Assembly (NCBI GenBank): GCA_016699975.1
Contig: CP064994.1
Span: 257,222 to 321,221 of the forward strand
From: Candidatus Moraniibacteriota bacterium
GTDB lineage: Bacteria; Patescibacteriota; Minisyncoccia; Moranbacterales; UBA1568
Length of the DNA: 64,000 nt
Direction: 5' to 3'
Within the stretch, counting starts at the first letter, position 1. Every line of letters begins with the position of its first letter. Made by a program: the position numbers and the translations under genes. Shown here one piece after another: positions 28,103 to 38,361 of this stretch. The notes beneath the pieces are model-generated. The model was given only the letters and a program-made list of their open reading frames with translations. It was not told the DNA's origin and made no database searches.

Positions 28103-28564
28103 TCAGAATTTTTGAGTGAGATTTCTGGATCGACCCGTATCTTTGTTTTCGTCGGGTGTGAATGTTTTTCCGAGATCAGCAAGAGTAATTTTGGAGAGTG
28201 TATTTTTCATACTCGCTTCCACCTGTTGCCAGACGGTCTTTGTGGTGCAGTGAGTGAGAATGGGACAGGGAGCAAGAGTTCCGGAAAAAGAGGGGCGAGC
28301 AGCACTGTGAAATCCGCCATCGAGCGCTTCAATCACGTCCCATGAGGAAATCGCTTCGGGTTTTCGCGAAAGGGTATAGCCGCCGCGAACCCCTTTCTGC
28401 GACGTGACAAATCCGGAGCGCTTGAGCGACTGAAGAATCTTCTCGAGATAATCCTCGGGGAGGCATTCTTCTTCGGCAAGAAGGTGTGCAGAAATCCCTT
28501 CTTTCGATTGAGAAAGTCGAACGAGTGCCCGGAGTCCGTAGGAAGTTTTGTGGGAAACTCTCAT
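28103..28564 (-). CDS. Rrf2-family transcriptional regulator (IscR/SufR-like)
   Basis: MRVSHKTSYGLRALVRLSQ... HTH, with conserved cysteines near the C-terminus. Lies upstream of sufCBDS on the same strand. The track ORF starts 216 nt further upstream without support. Confidence 0.7.
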   Translation of the reverse strand: MRVSHKTSYGLRALVRLSQSKEGISAHLLAEEECLPEDYLEKILQSLKRSGFVTSQKGVRGGYTLSRKPEAISSWDVIEALDGGFHSAARPSFSGTLAPCPILTHCTTKTVWQQVEASMKNTLSKITLADLGKTFTPDENKDTGRSRNLTQKF

Positions 28565-28764
28565 ACCGCAATAGAAATCGGACTTTTTAAGTCCGATTTC
28601 GAGTGTACCAAGGAAAGAGCTTTGCGTCAACATAGAGAGTCTCCGGTTGGCATTGACAAAATTCACAAAAACGATTAAGAATAGGATTTCGTAGGTAAAA
28701 ACTTGCGAACGCTTCCTTTCCCGGCGACCAAGGGAAAAGTCCTTTAAAATAAAAGGAGAGGCTG

Positions 28765-29485
28765 ATGGTTCAGCCAATCACTGCAAAACAGAAAGAGCAA
28801 ATCGTGGACTTGTTTACCAATGCTGCTCAAGCTGCCGCCAAAACGGGCAGTGGATCAAGCGACTTTTCTCGACAAGGACGGTGCCAGATTGGTCATCAAG
28901 GGCGGCAAGCGCGGCGACGATCTCAAGGTTGCCATCGAACTGGCGATGCTCAAAATCCTGCATCAACTCAGCTTGTGTGACCCGGTGCTCACGGAAAACA
29001 GGCTCCTCAAACCCGTTGCCACAGCAATCGTTCCGGCCAGGACAAAACCTTTCAATGCGGCAGCGTTCTACCAGACCGGCACCGGCCTCTACGTCTATAA
29101 AAAGTTTGTAGACCATCTCTACGTAAACGACAGAAGGACGACGGTTGGCTTGGCTCCCGAGCGTCCTTATGTAGCCTTGTGCCTCAAGGAGAGAGACTGC
29201 GACAAGGCCATAAGGGCGAATCTGCCGGAAACGCACCTTTCGACGCTCGAAGACATCGCAGGTCTCATTGAAGCACAGTCGGGCGGCAAGTCGGGCCTCC
29301 TGTTCAACGACGGTTTCGTGAACATCTTCTACGTCGAGGGCAGAAACGGTGAGGTCTTCGCCGTGTGTGTCTTCTGGGACTCGGAGGATGACTGCAGGTG
29401 GTTCGTCAGCAGCCGGGTGCTCGGCGAGGATGGCGACTGGGGTGATGCCTGCCAGGTTCTCTGTCCCGGCACCGCGGTGCTCTGA
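28765..29485 (+). CDS. Hypothetical protein of atypical composition (GC3-rich); probable frameshift near 28868
   Basis: A strong SD (AAGGAGAGG) precedes the ATG at 28765 (MVQPITAKQKEQIVDLFTNAAQAAAKTGSGSSDF...). The long ORF 28820-29485 is in the +1 frame and lacks its own SD; the shift falls at a T4 run. Codon third positions are strongly C-biased (GGC, CTC, ATC, GCC), unlike neighbouring genes. No recognizable domain. Confidence 0.4.
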
Positions 29486-29532
29486 CCCTTCAGTCCATTG
29501 GGCAAAAGACCCTTGGACACTTTTAGTCTCTT

Positions 29533-29573
29533 AGACCCTTGGAACTTCAACAAGTTCCCGGGGTCTTTTTTTA
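29533..29573 (+). terminator. Rho-independent terminator
   Basis: 13-bp stem AGACCCTTGGAAC/GTTCCCGGGGTCT (2 mismatches) with an 8-nt loop, followed by TTTTTTT. Confidence 0.6.
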
Positions 29574-29670
29574 TGAACTGGTCGAGAGAAGCGCTGTATG
29601 AAATTTTTTAGAGGAAGCTGAAGTAGATTTTTCTTGCTTCGCTTTTGCTCTCGAGCTATTCTGTTTCGGT

Positions 29671-30639
29671 ATGAACCGAGGATTTTGGGACACTCTTCCG
29701 AAACCGTTCTTTGCCCTCGCGCCAATGGCGGGTGTTACGGATACGGTGTTTCGTCAGATTATTGCGAGTCGAGCCAAACCGGATATTTTTTGGACGGAAT
29801 TTGTTTCGTGTGACGGTTTGTGTTCCAAAGGGCGAGGCGCACTTCTTCGCGATCTTTCGTATTCCGAAGTGGAGCGCCCAATTGTGGCGCAAGTTTTTGG
29901 GGCGACCCCGAAGCATTTTTTCGAAACGGCGAAATTAGTCGCCGATCTTCGGTTTGATGGAATCGATATCAATATGGGATGCCCGGATCGCGCGGTCGTC
30001 GGGCAGGGGGCGGGGGCTGCACTTCTCAAGAATCCCTCGCTTGCGAAAGAGATCATTTTGGCGACGAAGGAAGGCGCCGGAGCGCTCCCCGTAAGCGTGA
30101 AGACGCGCATCGGTTTTGATGATGTGGAAATCGATTCGTGGATCCCTGCTCTTCTTGAAACCGGTCTTGCGGCGCTCACGATCCACCTTCGTACAAAAAA
30201 AGAACTCTCCGAGTCGCCCGCTCACTGGGACCTTTTACCTCATATTGTAGAGATGAGAGTGGGAACCAATACGCTCCTCCTGGGGAATGGCGATGTGGAA
30301 AATCTCGATGATGCGCGACGGAAATTAGAAGAAACGGGCGCGGACGGCATTATGCTTGGGCGTGCGATATTCGGGAATCCGTGGCTTTTCGATGCTTCCG
30401 GAAAAATTCCAACCGTCCACGAAAAACTTGAAGCGCTCCTTTTGCATATGGAGCTCTTCGAAAACACATGGAAAGGAATGAAACCGTTTGAACTTATGAA
30501 GAAACACGCTAAAGCCTACGTGAATGGATTTTCTGGCGCCTCCAAGCTTCGTGCAAAGCTCATGGAATGCGAGCGCGCATCCGAGGCAAAAGAGATCATC
30601 GCACGCTTTGTATCGACGCTTTCGAATTTGGAGGGCTGA
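29671..30639 (+). CDS. dus: tRNA-dihydrouridine synthase
   Basis: FALAPMAGVTDTVFRQI..., IDINMGCPDRAVVGQGAGAALL and ...HLRTKKELSESPAHWD (FMN-binding TIM barrel of the Dus family). Confidence 0.8.
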   Translation: MNRGFWDTLPKPFFALAPMAGVTDTVFRQIIASRAKPDIFWTEFVSCDGLCSKGRGALLRDLSYSEVERPIVAQVFGATPKHFFETAKLVADLRFDGIDINMGCPDRAVVGQGAGAALLKNPSLAKEIILATKEGAGALPVSVKTRIGFDDVEIDSWIPALLETGLAALTIHLRTKKELSESPAHWDLLPHIVEMRVGTNTLLLGNGDVENLDDARRKLEETGADGIMLGRAIFGNPWLFDASGKIPTVHEKLEALLLHMELFENTWKGMKPFELMKKHAKAYVNGFSGASKLRAKLMECERASEAKEIIARFVSTLSNLEG

Positions 30640-30654
30640 TTCGGCACAGAAGAT

Positions 30655-31752
30655 ATGTCAACAATTGAACGCGGGGGGAAAGTTGCAGCGCTCGTATCGG
30701 GCGGAGTCGATAGCTCCGTTTCTTTGGCGCTTCTCAAAAATGCGGGGTACGATGTGCGGGCATTCTACCTCAAGATATGGCTCCAGAACGACCTTTCGTT
30801 TTTGGGGGAGTGTCCCTGGGAGGATGATCTTCGCGATGTTCGGGCGGTGTGCGAGCTTCTTGCGGTGCCGCTTCAGGTTGTGTCTTTCCAGAAAGAATAT
30901 TGGTCGAGCGTCGTTTCGTATGTTCTCGAAGAGACACGAGCGGGTCGTACACCGAATCCCGACATGCTCTGTAATGCGCGCGTGAAGTTTGGCGCCTTTT
31001 GGAACTTCATTGAATCGAAACAATTTCAGTGGATAGGAACGGGCCACTATGCGCAAACCAAACTTGTACGCGGGAAAACAAAATTGCTTGTCTCGCCTGA
31101 CTTGGTAAAAGATCAAACGTATTTTCTCTCCCAGCTTTCGCCAACGCAGATTTCCCGCGCACTCTTTCCAATTGGAAAATACGAGAAAAGCGAAGTTCGA
31201 AAACTCGCCCGAGAATTTTCGCTTCCAAATGCCGAGCGAAAGGACAGTCAAGGAATTTGTTTCTTGGGGAAAATACGCTTCGATGAATTTCTGAAACACT
31301 CTCTCGGCGTGAAGCGCGGAGATCTTATTGAATACGAAACCGGAAAAAAAGTGGGTGAACACGAAGGCTTCTGGTATTTTACAGTAGGGCAAAGGAAGGG
31401 AATCAAGCTCTCGGGCGGACCGTGGTTTGTCGTTTCTAAAGATATCAAAAAAAATATCGTTTTTATTTCAAATGCCTGGCGCGGCGCCCAGGGTTCGCGC
31501 GATTCCTTCGTCGCACGAGCGGTGAAATGGGTCTCGGGATCGCCTCCTCGAAAACGCCGTATGGAAGTGAAAATCCGCCATGGTGCTTTGCGAATTCCGT
31601 GTCGAATTCGTGCGGAGGGTGCTTCAGTGTGGACAGTGACTCTTCCGCACAAAGAGGCGGGAGTGGCGCCGGGACAATTCGCGGTTTTCTATGATGGGAA
31701 CGAATGTCTCGGCGGAGGAAGAATAGAGACGGAAGAGCTTTCGAGTGAGTGA
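30655..31752 (+). CDS. mnmA: tRNA-specific 2-thiouridylase MnmA
   Basis: PP-loop VAALVSGGVDSSVS, catalytic cysteines (...NPDMLCNARVKF...DSQGICFLG) and the C-terminal barrel. Confidence 0.85.
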   Translation: MSTIERGGKVAALVSGGVDSSVSLALLKNAGYDVRAFYLKIWLQNDLSFLGECPWEDDLRDVRAVCELLAVPLQVVSFQKEYWSSVVSYVLEETRAGRTPNPDMLCNARVKFGAFWNFIESKQFQWIGTGHYAQTKLVRGKTKLLVSPDLVKDQTYFLSQLSPTQISRALFPIGKYEKSEVRKLAREFSLPNAERKDSQGICFLGKIRFDEFLKHSLGVKRGDLIEYETGKKVGEHEGFWYFTVGQRKGIKLSGGPWFVVSKDIKKNIVFISNAWRGAQGSRDSFVARAVKWVSGSPPRKRRMEVKIRHGALRIPCRIRAEGASVWTVTLPHKEAGVAPGQFAVFYDGNECLGGGRIETEELSSE

Positions 31753-31783
31753 TGACAGACGTGTTTGAGTTGAAGCAAAGAAC

Positions 31784-32803
31784 TCATCGCTTTCCTTCGG
31801 TTTCGGGGTGATATTTTTGGAGTTTCCCGTTTTTTACAAACCATACCTGATTCCTTGTCTTTTCTTCTTCTTCGGGAATTTCTCCAATCATTTCAAGCGA
31901 AAAGGCATCCACATTTTTCGCCGCCGCCTCTTTATTTCCCTTGGCGGTAAGGACTGCGGTATCGGCGAGATTGAGCTGGCGCTTTACATCGGAGTCGTAC
32001 GCTGCGACGCCAAAACTTGCCCGAACAGGTATCTCTCGTTCGTTATACCGAACCGGTGTCGACTCAATTGATTTTCTGATTCGTTCTGCGATGCGGCAGG
32101 CATTTTCGATGGAAGAGGGAATAATGAGAACGAATTCTTCGCCTCCCCACCGTGCTACAAATCCATCGTCTTGGCGGACATTCTCTTTGAGAATGTGTGC
32201 GACATGCTGAAGCGTCACATCGCCAGCATCATGATTAAAGTTGTCGTTAATTTTCTTGAAGTGATCGAGGTCGACGAACATGAGGGAGTATTCTCCTTCC
32301 ATATGTTCTTCGTGCCGACGCTCTGTTTGTGGATTTTCGCGCTCGAATTTTTTTCGCTTCTTGTTTCTCTCGGAAAGTTCGGCAAGTTTTCGTTCGAGAG
32401 CGTGCCTATTCGAGAGGCCCGTGAGCGCATCTCGGTCGGCACGAAGGGAGGCCTCGACAGAGGAATGGATGAGCCTATTGATCGCTCGTCCTCCTTTTGA
32501 ATCAAGCTCAAATACATCTACATCGCCGCTTTCCTTCCTCATGAGCCAATCATTGTCATATTCTTGTCCTGTTTCATTCCCGGTTTTTTCGTTTTCAGGG
32601 CGTCTCTCCCGGTTTTCCATGTGCGCGTATTCCCGAAGGTAGTCTTCGGGAGAGACGCCGGCTGCTCGGGCTCTTTTTTCAAGATCGTTTGCAAAGGCGA
32701 CTCGCATTTTCTCTTGTCTTTTTTCAATTTCTTCTTTTGATCCCGGTTCTTCATGTGTCGCGGGGGGACTTTGATTGCCGAGTTTTTCGATGCTCATACT
32801 CAT
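31784..32803 (-). CDS. Diguanylate cyclase (GGDEF domain) with a charged, low-complexity N-terminal region
   Basis: RHALERKL...FVDLDHFKKINDNFNHDAGDVTLQHVA...WGGEEFVLIIP carries an intact GGEEF active site. There is no recognizable sensor domain. The start was set at MSMSIEKLG. Confidence 0.75.
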   Translation of the reverse strand: MSMSIEKLGNQSPPATHEEPGSKEEIEKRQEKMRVAFANDLEKRARAAGVSPEDYLREYAHMENRERRPENEKTGNETGQEYDNDWLMRKESGDVDVFELDSKGGRAINRLIHSSVEASLRADRDALTGLSNRHALERKLAELSERNKKRKKFERENPQTERRHEEHMEGEYSLMFVDLDHFKKINDNFNHDAGDVTLQHVAHILKENVRQDDGFVARWGGEEFVLIIPSSIENACRIAERIRKSIESTPVRYNEREIPVRASFGVAAYDSDVKRQLNLADTAVLTAKGNKEAAAKNVDAFSLEMIGEIPEEEEKTRNQVWFVKNGKLQKYHPETEGKR

Positions 32804-33225
32804 AGAAGTATTTCTCAAAAATAATTTTCGAATCTTGCGTTTCGGGATTGTATCGTGCATTTAGCACTTCGTTACGTGTCGAAACAGGCTCTTTGGCAAA
32901 AGTATAGCACAAAATCCTACCCCCCTTCTCCCAAGAAGAAGCGATTCTCACAAAAAGAAGAGGGAAAATAGTGAAAATTTTCCTCTCACTTGGCGCCCGT
33001 CTCTCTGGGGAGGTGCAGGATTTTGTTCGAAGTGCTACTCTTTTTTCGGAAGAGACTTTAATCCTCTTCGTACCCCTCTATACTGTTTCACTATTCTTGC
33101 CGCCGTCTGTCGCGATCTGCGGGGAGGAGAGAGAATAAATCACCTTGGAAGATTTTTGCATCTGTCTTTTTTTGCTTTGCCAAGAACTGGTGCATGGCTG
33201 TATTGATTGCCTCACGCTGGATGGT

Positions 33226-34350
33226 ATGAAGTCAACCCGCCAAGAAGCTATTCGCTTGTTTGAATCAACCCTGCTCGACTTTTTCAAAAAGGCGGGACGG
33301 TCTCATTTGCCCTGGCGACGCAAAGGAATGTGCGCGTACGAAGTGTGGGTATCGGAAATCATGCTTCAACAGACGCAGGTTTCGCGCGTCCTTTCGTATT
33401 ATGAAAAGTTTCTGAAGCGCTTCCCGACAGTCGTGTCGCTCTCGCAAGCGTCGTGGGAAGAATTTTTGCCCTTCTATGCGGGGCTTGGCTACTATGCTCG
33501 TGGAAGAAATATGCTTCGTGCAGCAAAAGTTGTAGCGGAAAAATATAAAGGCGTCTTCCCGCAGGACACTGCATCTCTCGAAGCGTTGCCAGGAATCGGC
33601 AAATATACGGCCGCTGCGATTGCGAGTTTCGCCTCTGGCGCGAATACGCTTGCGTGGGATACCAATCTTCGTCGCGTGGTGGGACGATTTTTCTTCGGAA
33701 CGAAACACATCGACCCAAGCTCTTCGGAATTTTCCCGCTTCTTTGCGCCGCATGCAAAACGGTTTTCCGGAGCAAAAAAAGAAGGAGAGAATTCCGAAGT
33801 GTCGCACCACAAAAATCCATTTTCGATTCCTGCGAATGTTGCGAATGCGGCCCTCATGGATTTTGGGAGCGCGATATGTGTGTCGAAACCGAAATGTGCC
33901 GCGTGCCCCTTCGTTCGTCGCTGCGTCTACTTTCGAACCAAGGGACGGCGAGAAATGGAGATGCAGCTTCTTTCGAAAAAGGGGAAGCGCGCGAATATTT
34001 TCCAGGGCGCTTCTCGAAATGGCAATTCGAAACTTGATTTCCGCACGAGTATGTCCGAAGCGCACGAAGCGGAAGTAACGCTTCACGAGAATCATCGGAT
34101 CTATTTTTCCTCCGTCAAGAAAACATATCGGCCGTTTCGAATCCCGAGTTCTTATCGTTTCCGCGCCGGAATCAAGCGATGGTTTCTCGAACGGTATGGA
34201 CTCGAAGTTTCCGTGCGACCGCCTCATGGTTTTGTGATGCGAGCGGGACTCCCGACGCTCCTCGTGAACGCGCAGATTCTTCTGGGGAAACCGCTCTTTC
34301 GGAGTTTTTCAAAGGAGGAGGTGCGGCGACTGTCGGAATCGTCTTCCTGA
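33226..34350 (+). CDS. mutY: A/G-specific adenine DNA glycosylase (MutY-like, HhH-GPD with a 4Fe-4S loop)
   Basis: HhH-GPD motif LPGIGKYTAAAIASFA and the FeS cluster loop CVSKPKCAACPFVRRC. The C-terminal about 130 aa is divergent. Confidence 0.7.
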   Translation: MKSTRQEAIRLFESTLLDFFKKAGRSHLPWRRKGMCAYEVWVSEIMLQQTQVSRVLSYYEKFLKRFPTVVSLSQASWEEFLPFYAGLGYYARGRNMLRAAKVVAEKYKGVFPQDTASLEALPGIGKYTAAAIASFASGANTLAWDTNLRRVVGRFFFGTKHIDPSSSEFSRFFAPHAKRFSGAKKEGENSEVSHHKNPFSIPANVANAALMDFGSAICVSKPKCAACPFVRRCVYFRTKGRREMEMQLLSKKGKRANIFQGASRNGNSKLDFRTSMSEAHEAEVTLHENHRIYFSSVKKTYRPFRIPSSYRFRAGIKRWFLERYGLEVSVRPPHGFVMRAGLPTLLVNAQILLGKPLFRSFSKEEVRRLSESSS

Positions 34351-34452
34351 GTTTGTTTTTTTCTCTCTTATTCCTCGACTCTTGTTTTGCTTCGCAAAAT
34401 GGAGTATTCATAAATCACCCTTCGGCGACCGAACTCGTGTTATACTTTTTCT

Positions 34453-35550
34453 ATGCGCATTCCTAATCTCAATACGATTTTCTTTTTCTCTCTTTTCTTT
34501 GCGATCGGCGTCGTTGTGTTTTTCGTTTTGAAGCCGTTTTTGACGCCGGTCCTGGTGGCGGCAGTGCTTGCCACCCTTTTCTTTCCACAGTATCGGTTTT
34601 TGGTGCGTCTTCTTCGTGGATCGAGCGGGTGGGCTGCGGCGGGAATACTCTTTCTTGTTGCGTTTTTGGTCATTATTCCGCTTCTTTTCATCCTCGTCTT
34701 GGTGGTGGGGGAGGCGACACAGGTGCTCGCGACGCTTTCCTCGGGAAATCATTCTCTCTCTGGCCTCGCGAAAGACGCCGAAACATGGTTTTTTCGACTC
34801 CCCTATGTCGGAGAGTATCTTCGAGCACAAGATATTCGCATCGAAACAATGCTTGGAAACGTTTCGGGAAGCGGTGGCGCTTTTCTCTCGTTTCTCCAGG
34901 CGCTCTATGGTGGCGCGGCAAGTTTCGTCTTTTGGATGTTCTCGCTTTTCTTTGCACTTTTTTACTTTCTGATCGATGGGGAGCGAGCGCTAAAGTTTTT
35001 GAAGCGCCTGAGTCCGCTCGCCGACGATGAAGATGAAGAATTGATGCGAGACTTTGTTTCGATGAGCCGAGCAATTATCAAGGGTTCGCTCGTCGTTTCT
35101 TTGGTGCAGGGAACACTCGGGGGGGTTGGATTTGCTATCGCAGGGCTGCCTTCCCCGGCATTGTGGGGCGCGGTCATGGGAGTCTTCTCGCTCATTCCAA
35201 TGGTGGGAACCGGAATAGTTTGGTTTCCTTCCGCCGTGTGGCTTCTCTTTATGGGAAATATCTGGCAGGGAATTTTTTTGCTTGTGTTTGGAATGGGAAT
35301 TATTTCAACGGTCGACAATATTTTGCGGCCTCGGCTCGTCGGGCGCGATACGCAGATTCATCCGCTCCTCGTCTTTTTTTCTACGATGGGAGGGATATCA
35401 TTTTTCGGTATTGCCGGATTCTTAATCGGTCCCATCATCGTTTCATTCTTTCTTGCGCTTGTTCGTATTTACGGACGTGAGTTTAAGCGCGATCTTGAAC
35501 AGCTGAATGAGGGTAACTCGGTTCCCGCTCTTCATTCGAGCCGCAAATAG
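34453..35550 (+). CDS. AI-2E family transporter (PerM/YdiK, UPF0118)
   Basis: Eight predicted TM helices and the family motif ...ISTVDNILRPRLVG.... Confidence 0.75.
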   Translation: MRIPNLNTIFFFSLFFAIGVVVFFVLKPFLTPVLVAAVLATLFFPQYRFLVRLLRGSSGWAAAGILFLVAFLVIIPLLFILVLVVGEATQVLATLSSGNHSLSGLAKDAETWFFRLPYVGEYLRAQDIRIETMLGNVSGSGGAFLSFLQALYGGAASFVFWMFSLFFALFYFLIDGERALKFLKRLSPLADDEDEELMRDFVSMSRAIIKGSLVVSLVQGTLGGVGFAIAGLPSPALWGAVMGVFSLIPMVGTGIVWFPSAVWLLFMGNIWQGIFLLVFGMGIISTVDNILRPRLVGRDTQIHPLLVFFSTMGGISFFGIAGFLIGPIIVSFFLALVRIYGREFKRDLEQLNEGNSVPALHSSRK

Positions 35551-35691
35551 CGGGAATATTGTTCGAAAGCATTGCCGCCTCTTGTGTCGGAGTCATACTG
35601 CTCTTCGCTTTTTTGAGCGGACTCATATTTCCGAAAGCGTGGGGAAATTTTTGAAACGGATATTTGCTGGAAGACCCCGGAGAGAAAGTGA

Positions 35692-36603
35692 ATGCGCGTG
35701 TTTTTTAAAAAAGAGAAGACGGCGTTTCCAGGAAAGCGACTGTCTTTCTCTTCTATTTTTCCTGTGTGGAAAGATATTCCCGCTACTCTTCAGCCGATTG
35801 CATTCTCGGTGGGGCCCGTATCCATCTATTGGTACGGAATTTTTTTCTTGCTCGGAGCCTTGAGTTCGCTCTTTTTTTCTGAAAGGGCTTTTCCTCGGAA
35901 AAAACGCTGTAGACGAATGGAAGAAAGAAGAGTTTTTTGACCTCGTGCTTTTTGTTTCAGGAGGCGCGCTTCTCGGGGCGCATCTCGGGTATATCATGCT
36001 CTACGGATATCCTTTTTTTGCGTCCTCTTCCTTTCTTGACTTTCTTCCGATTGACAGAAACGGAACGTGGAGGGGAATTTCCGGGATGAGTTTTCATGGC
36101 GGCGTTGTTGGCGGAGTGATCGGAATTTTTTATTTGCTCGGCGGAGGCGCAAAGATTGGAAAATTATCGCGGATTCCGCTTCGCTCTCGCTTCCAATCGC
36201 TCTCTTTTTTGGGAGAGTGGGAAATTTTTTCTCGGGTGAGCTTTTCGGTCGCGTGACTCTTCTGCCGTGGGGCATGGTATTTCCGCACGCCGGGGATGCA
36301 GCACTTCGTCATCCCTCGCAACTCTACGAGGCAATGGGAGAAGGCATTGTTCTCTTTGGGCTCCTCTCTTTTCTATCGAGACGAGTCCGTATTCCTGGAG
36401 CGCTTTTTTCGTGGGCAATCGGACTCTATAGTATTCTTCGATTTTTTCTCGAATTTTTTCGGGAGCCGGATGCTCACATCGGATTTGTGTATGGAGGCTT
36501 TACTTTCGGCCAGGTACTTTGCGGAGTGAGCCTTCTCTTTTCTCTCGGTTTCTGGATGTGGATTCGACATAAGAAAAGTGATATACTTTCTCACGCGGAA
36601 TGA
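35692..36603 (+). CDS. lgt: Prolipoprotein diacylglyceryl transferase Lgt; interrupted by two frameshifts
   Basis: Three track ORFs in different frames together give a canonical Lgt. The first (35692-35940) is ...GPVSIYWYGIFFLLGAL.... The second (35945-36256) is ...GMSFHGGVVGGVIG.... The third (36067-36603) is ...FGRVGNFFSGELFGRVTLLPWGMVFP...RHPSQLYEA...REPD.... The shifts fall at T8/A6 (about 35875-35905) and T6/T7 (about 36215-36232). Confidence 0.75.
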
Positions 36604-36744
36604 TTCGGAGAAAAACCGAGCGAAAGTTTTTCCGAATTTTTGGAAGATGCCTTCCCAGTTTTCTCGCCTTAAGAGAACTGCACATTGAAACTTCGCTTGG
36701 AGTCTGAAAGTTGTGAGGAGAGGTTCCTCTATTGGATTTTCTTT

Positions 36745-37134
36745 ATGTCTCAAAAAAATATACTTCTCATTGTTGCTGTCGTGGGCGTGCTTCTCGTTGG
36801 ATTGGTGGTGTGGGGGATATCCACTCCTTCTCCCGAAGACTCGGAAGAAACGGCTTCGATTGTTTATTACTATGGTGAAAATTGTTCTCATTGTCGGGAC
36901 CTCACGAAATTTCTCGAGGAAAATGGAATTCCCGAAAAAGTTTCTTTTGTCAAAAAGGAAGTCTCGAACAATGCCAAAAATGCTCGTGAGATAGAAAGAA
37001 GAGCCAAGGAGTGTGGTATCGCTTCGAATGCTATCGCCGTCCCCTTTGTATGGTCGGAAGGGAAATGTTTTATAGGAACTGAAGCAGAGAATTTCTTCCG
37101 CGAGAAGGCGGGCATGGAAAAGAAAAGCGAGTAG
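36745..37134 (+). CDS. Membrane-anchored thioredoxin/glutaredoxin-like protein (CxxC)
   Basis: N-terminal TM helix (ILLIVAVVGVLLVGLVVWGI), then a Trx-fold with ENCSHCRDL and ...AVPFVWSEGKCFIG. Confidence 0.5.
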   Translation: MSQKNILLIVAVVGVLLVGLVVWGISTPSPEDSEETASIVYYYGENCSHCRDLTKFLEENGIPEKVSFVKKEVSNNAKNAREIERRAKECGIASNAIAVPFVWSEGKCFIGTEAENFFREKAGMEKKSE

Positions 37135-37619
37135 ACGAAGAAATGTCGGTAATGGTGGAAAATGCTCGAGCGTTGAGAAGAGTTTTTTCACATGCATATC
37201 CAAACAAAAACAAAACGATATTTGAGTGACGTTGTTTCAATGCACGCGACGGAGCCCGCGCTTCTTCGTCGTTCTTTTTGTTCTTTGCATTCTCCTTCCA
37301 AGAGTGCGATGGATGTCGTTCCTCGTTGTTCGAATACCTTTTCTCGAGGGAAATATTCTCAAGAGAATTCAGTTTCGAACGATTTTCTTCGCATGTCCGA
37401 AGCTCCCTCCAAAGGCACGCAGGGAAATCGAAATTTTCTGGAAAATTTTTCATGACTTTTCGGGGAAGTCCGAGAGTGGAAAATGCCTTCTCAATGATAT
37501 CTCGTTTTCTCAAAGAATTTTGTGAGCGCGCGATAAGTTGCGAAGTTGTTCTTTCTTCTTTGGGCAAGATTCAATTTTCTCGAAAGCGATACTTTCGCCT
37601 CCTTGCGCCTTCTCTTCCG

Positions 37620-38356
37620 ATGTTAATGACAGGAGCAGCCGTTTTCGGAGCACTCTCCACGATTTCAGTGTATCAACTTTTTGGCGAGCGGGTTTTGCCC
37701 GCGATATTTCGGAAAGCGTCCCCATTTCTTCTGAGGTGGTTTTCCAGAAAGAAGCTTCGAATCCTCTTCCCGAAAAAACCTCTCTTTCTGAAAAAACTGA
37801 GAACGGAGTGGTTCTCGGAGCAAGTGATGTGCGCGAACCGAATGCCGCTGAAAAATCTGTTTCCGACGATGATCGATTGGTGAATGAAGTGGTCGGGGAC
37901 CTCCAGCATATGCGTCAAGCCAAAGAGAAGAGCGAGCTTGAAAAAAAGATTCGCGAAATGGTCAAAGGGTATCCGATTGAAGAAATGGTTCCGTATATTC
38001 TCGAAAAAGACAAAATCGTTGCGGCATTTTTGATTGGAATCGCCAAAAAAGAAAGTGCATGGGGGAAACGCGTGCCAGTTTTGAACCAGCATGATTGTTT
38101 TAACTACTGGGGCTATCGGGGAAAACGCCGACATATGGGCACGGGCGGACATACCTGCTTTAATAGTCCGAAGGATGCGGTCGACACGGTATCTCGGCGG
38201 CTCGAGAAACTCGTGTATCAGGACAAAGTCGATACGCCGGCTGAAATGATGGTGGTGTGGAAGTGTGGATATGATTGTTCGACGCATGCGAAGGCGGATA
38301 CGAAGAAGTGGATTCAAGATGTCAATCTCTACTTTCACGATATTGACGAAGAGTAG
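37620..38356 (+). CDS. Exported uncharacterized protein, paralog 1 of a tandem pair (4 conserved Cys); frameshift near 37700
   Basis: The TM start MLMTGAAVFGALSTISVYQLF is in one frame. The conserved domain (track ORF 37538-38356) is in another: ...AAFLIGIAKKESAWG...HDCFNYWGYRG...HTCFNSP..AVDTVSRRLEKL...VWKCGYDCSTH...KWIQDV.... Confidence 0.4.
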
Positions 38357-38361
38357 AACTT

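Noticed and set aside
36685-37134. Track ORF start at 36685 for the membrane thioredoxin
   Set aside because: The first 20 codons (MKLRLESESCEERFLYWIFF) precede the hydrophobic anchor and have no SD. The Met at 36745 (MSQKNILLIVAVVGV...) gives a sensible signal-anchor.
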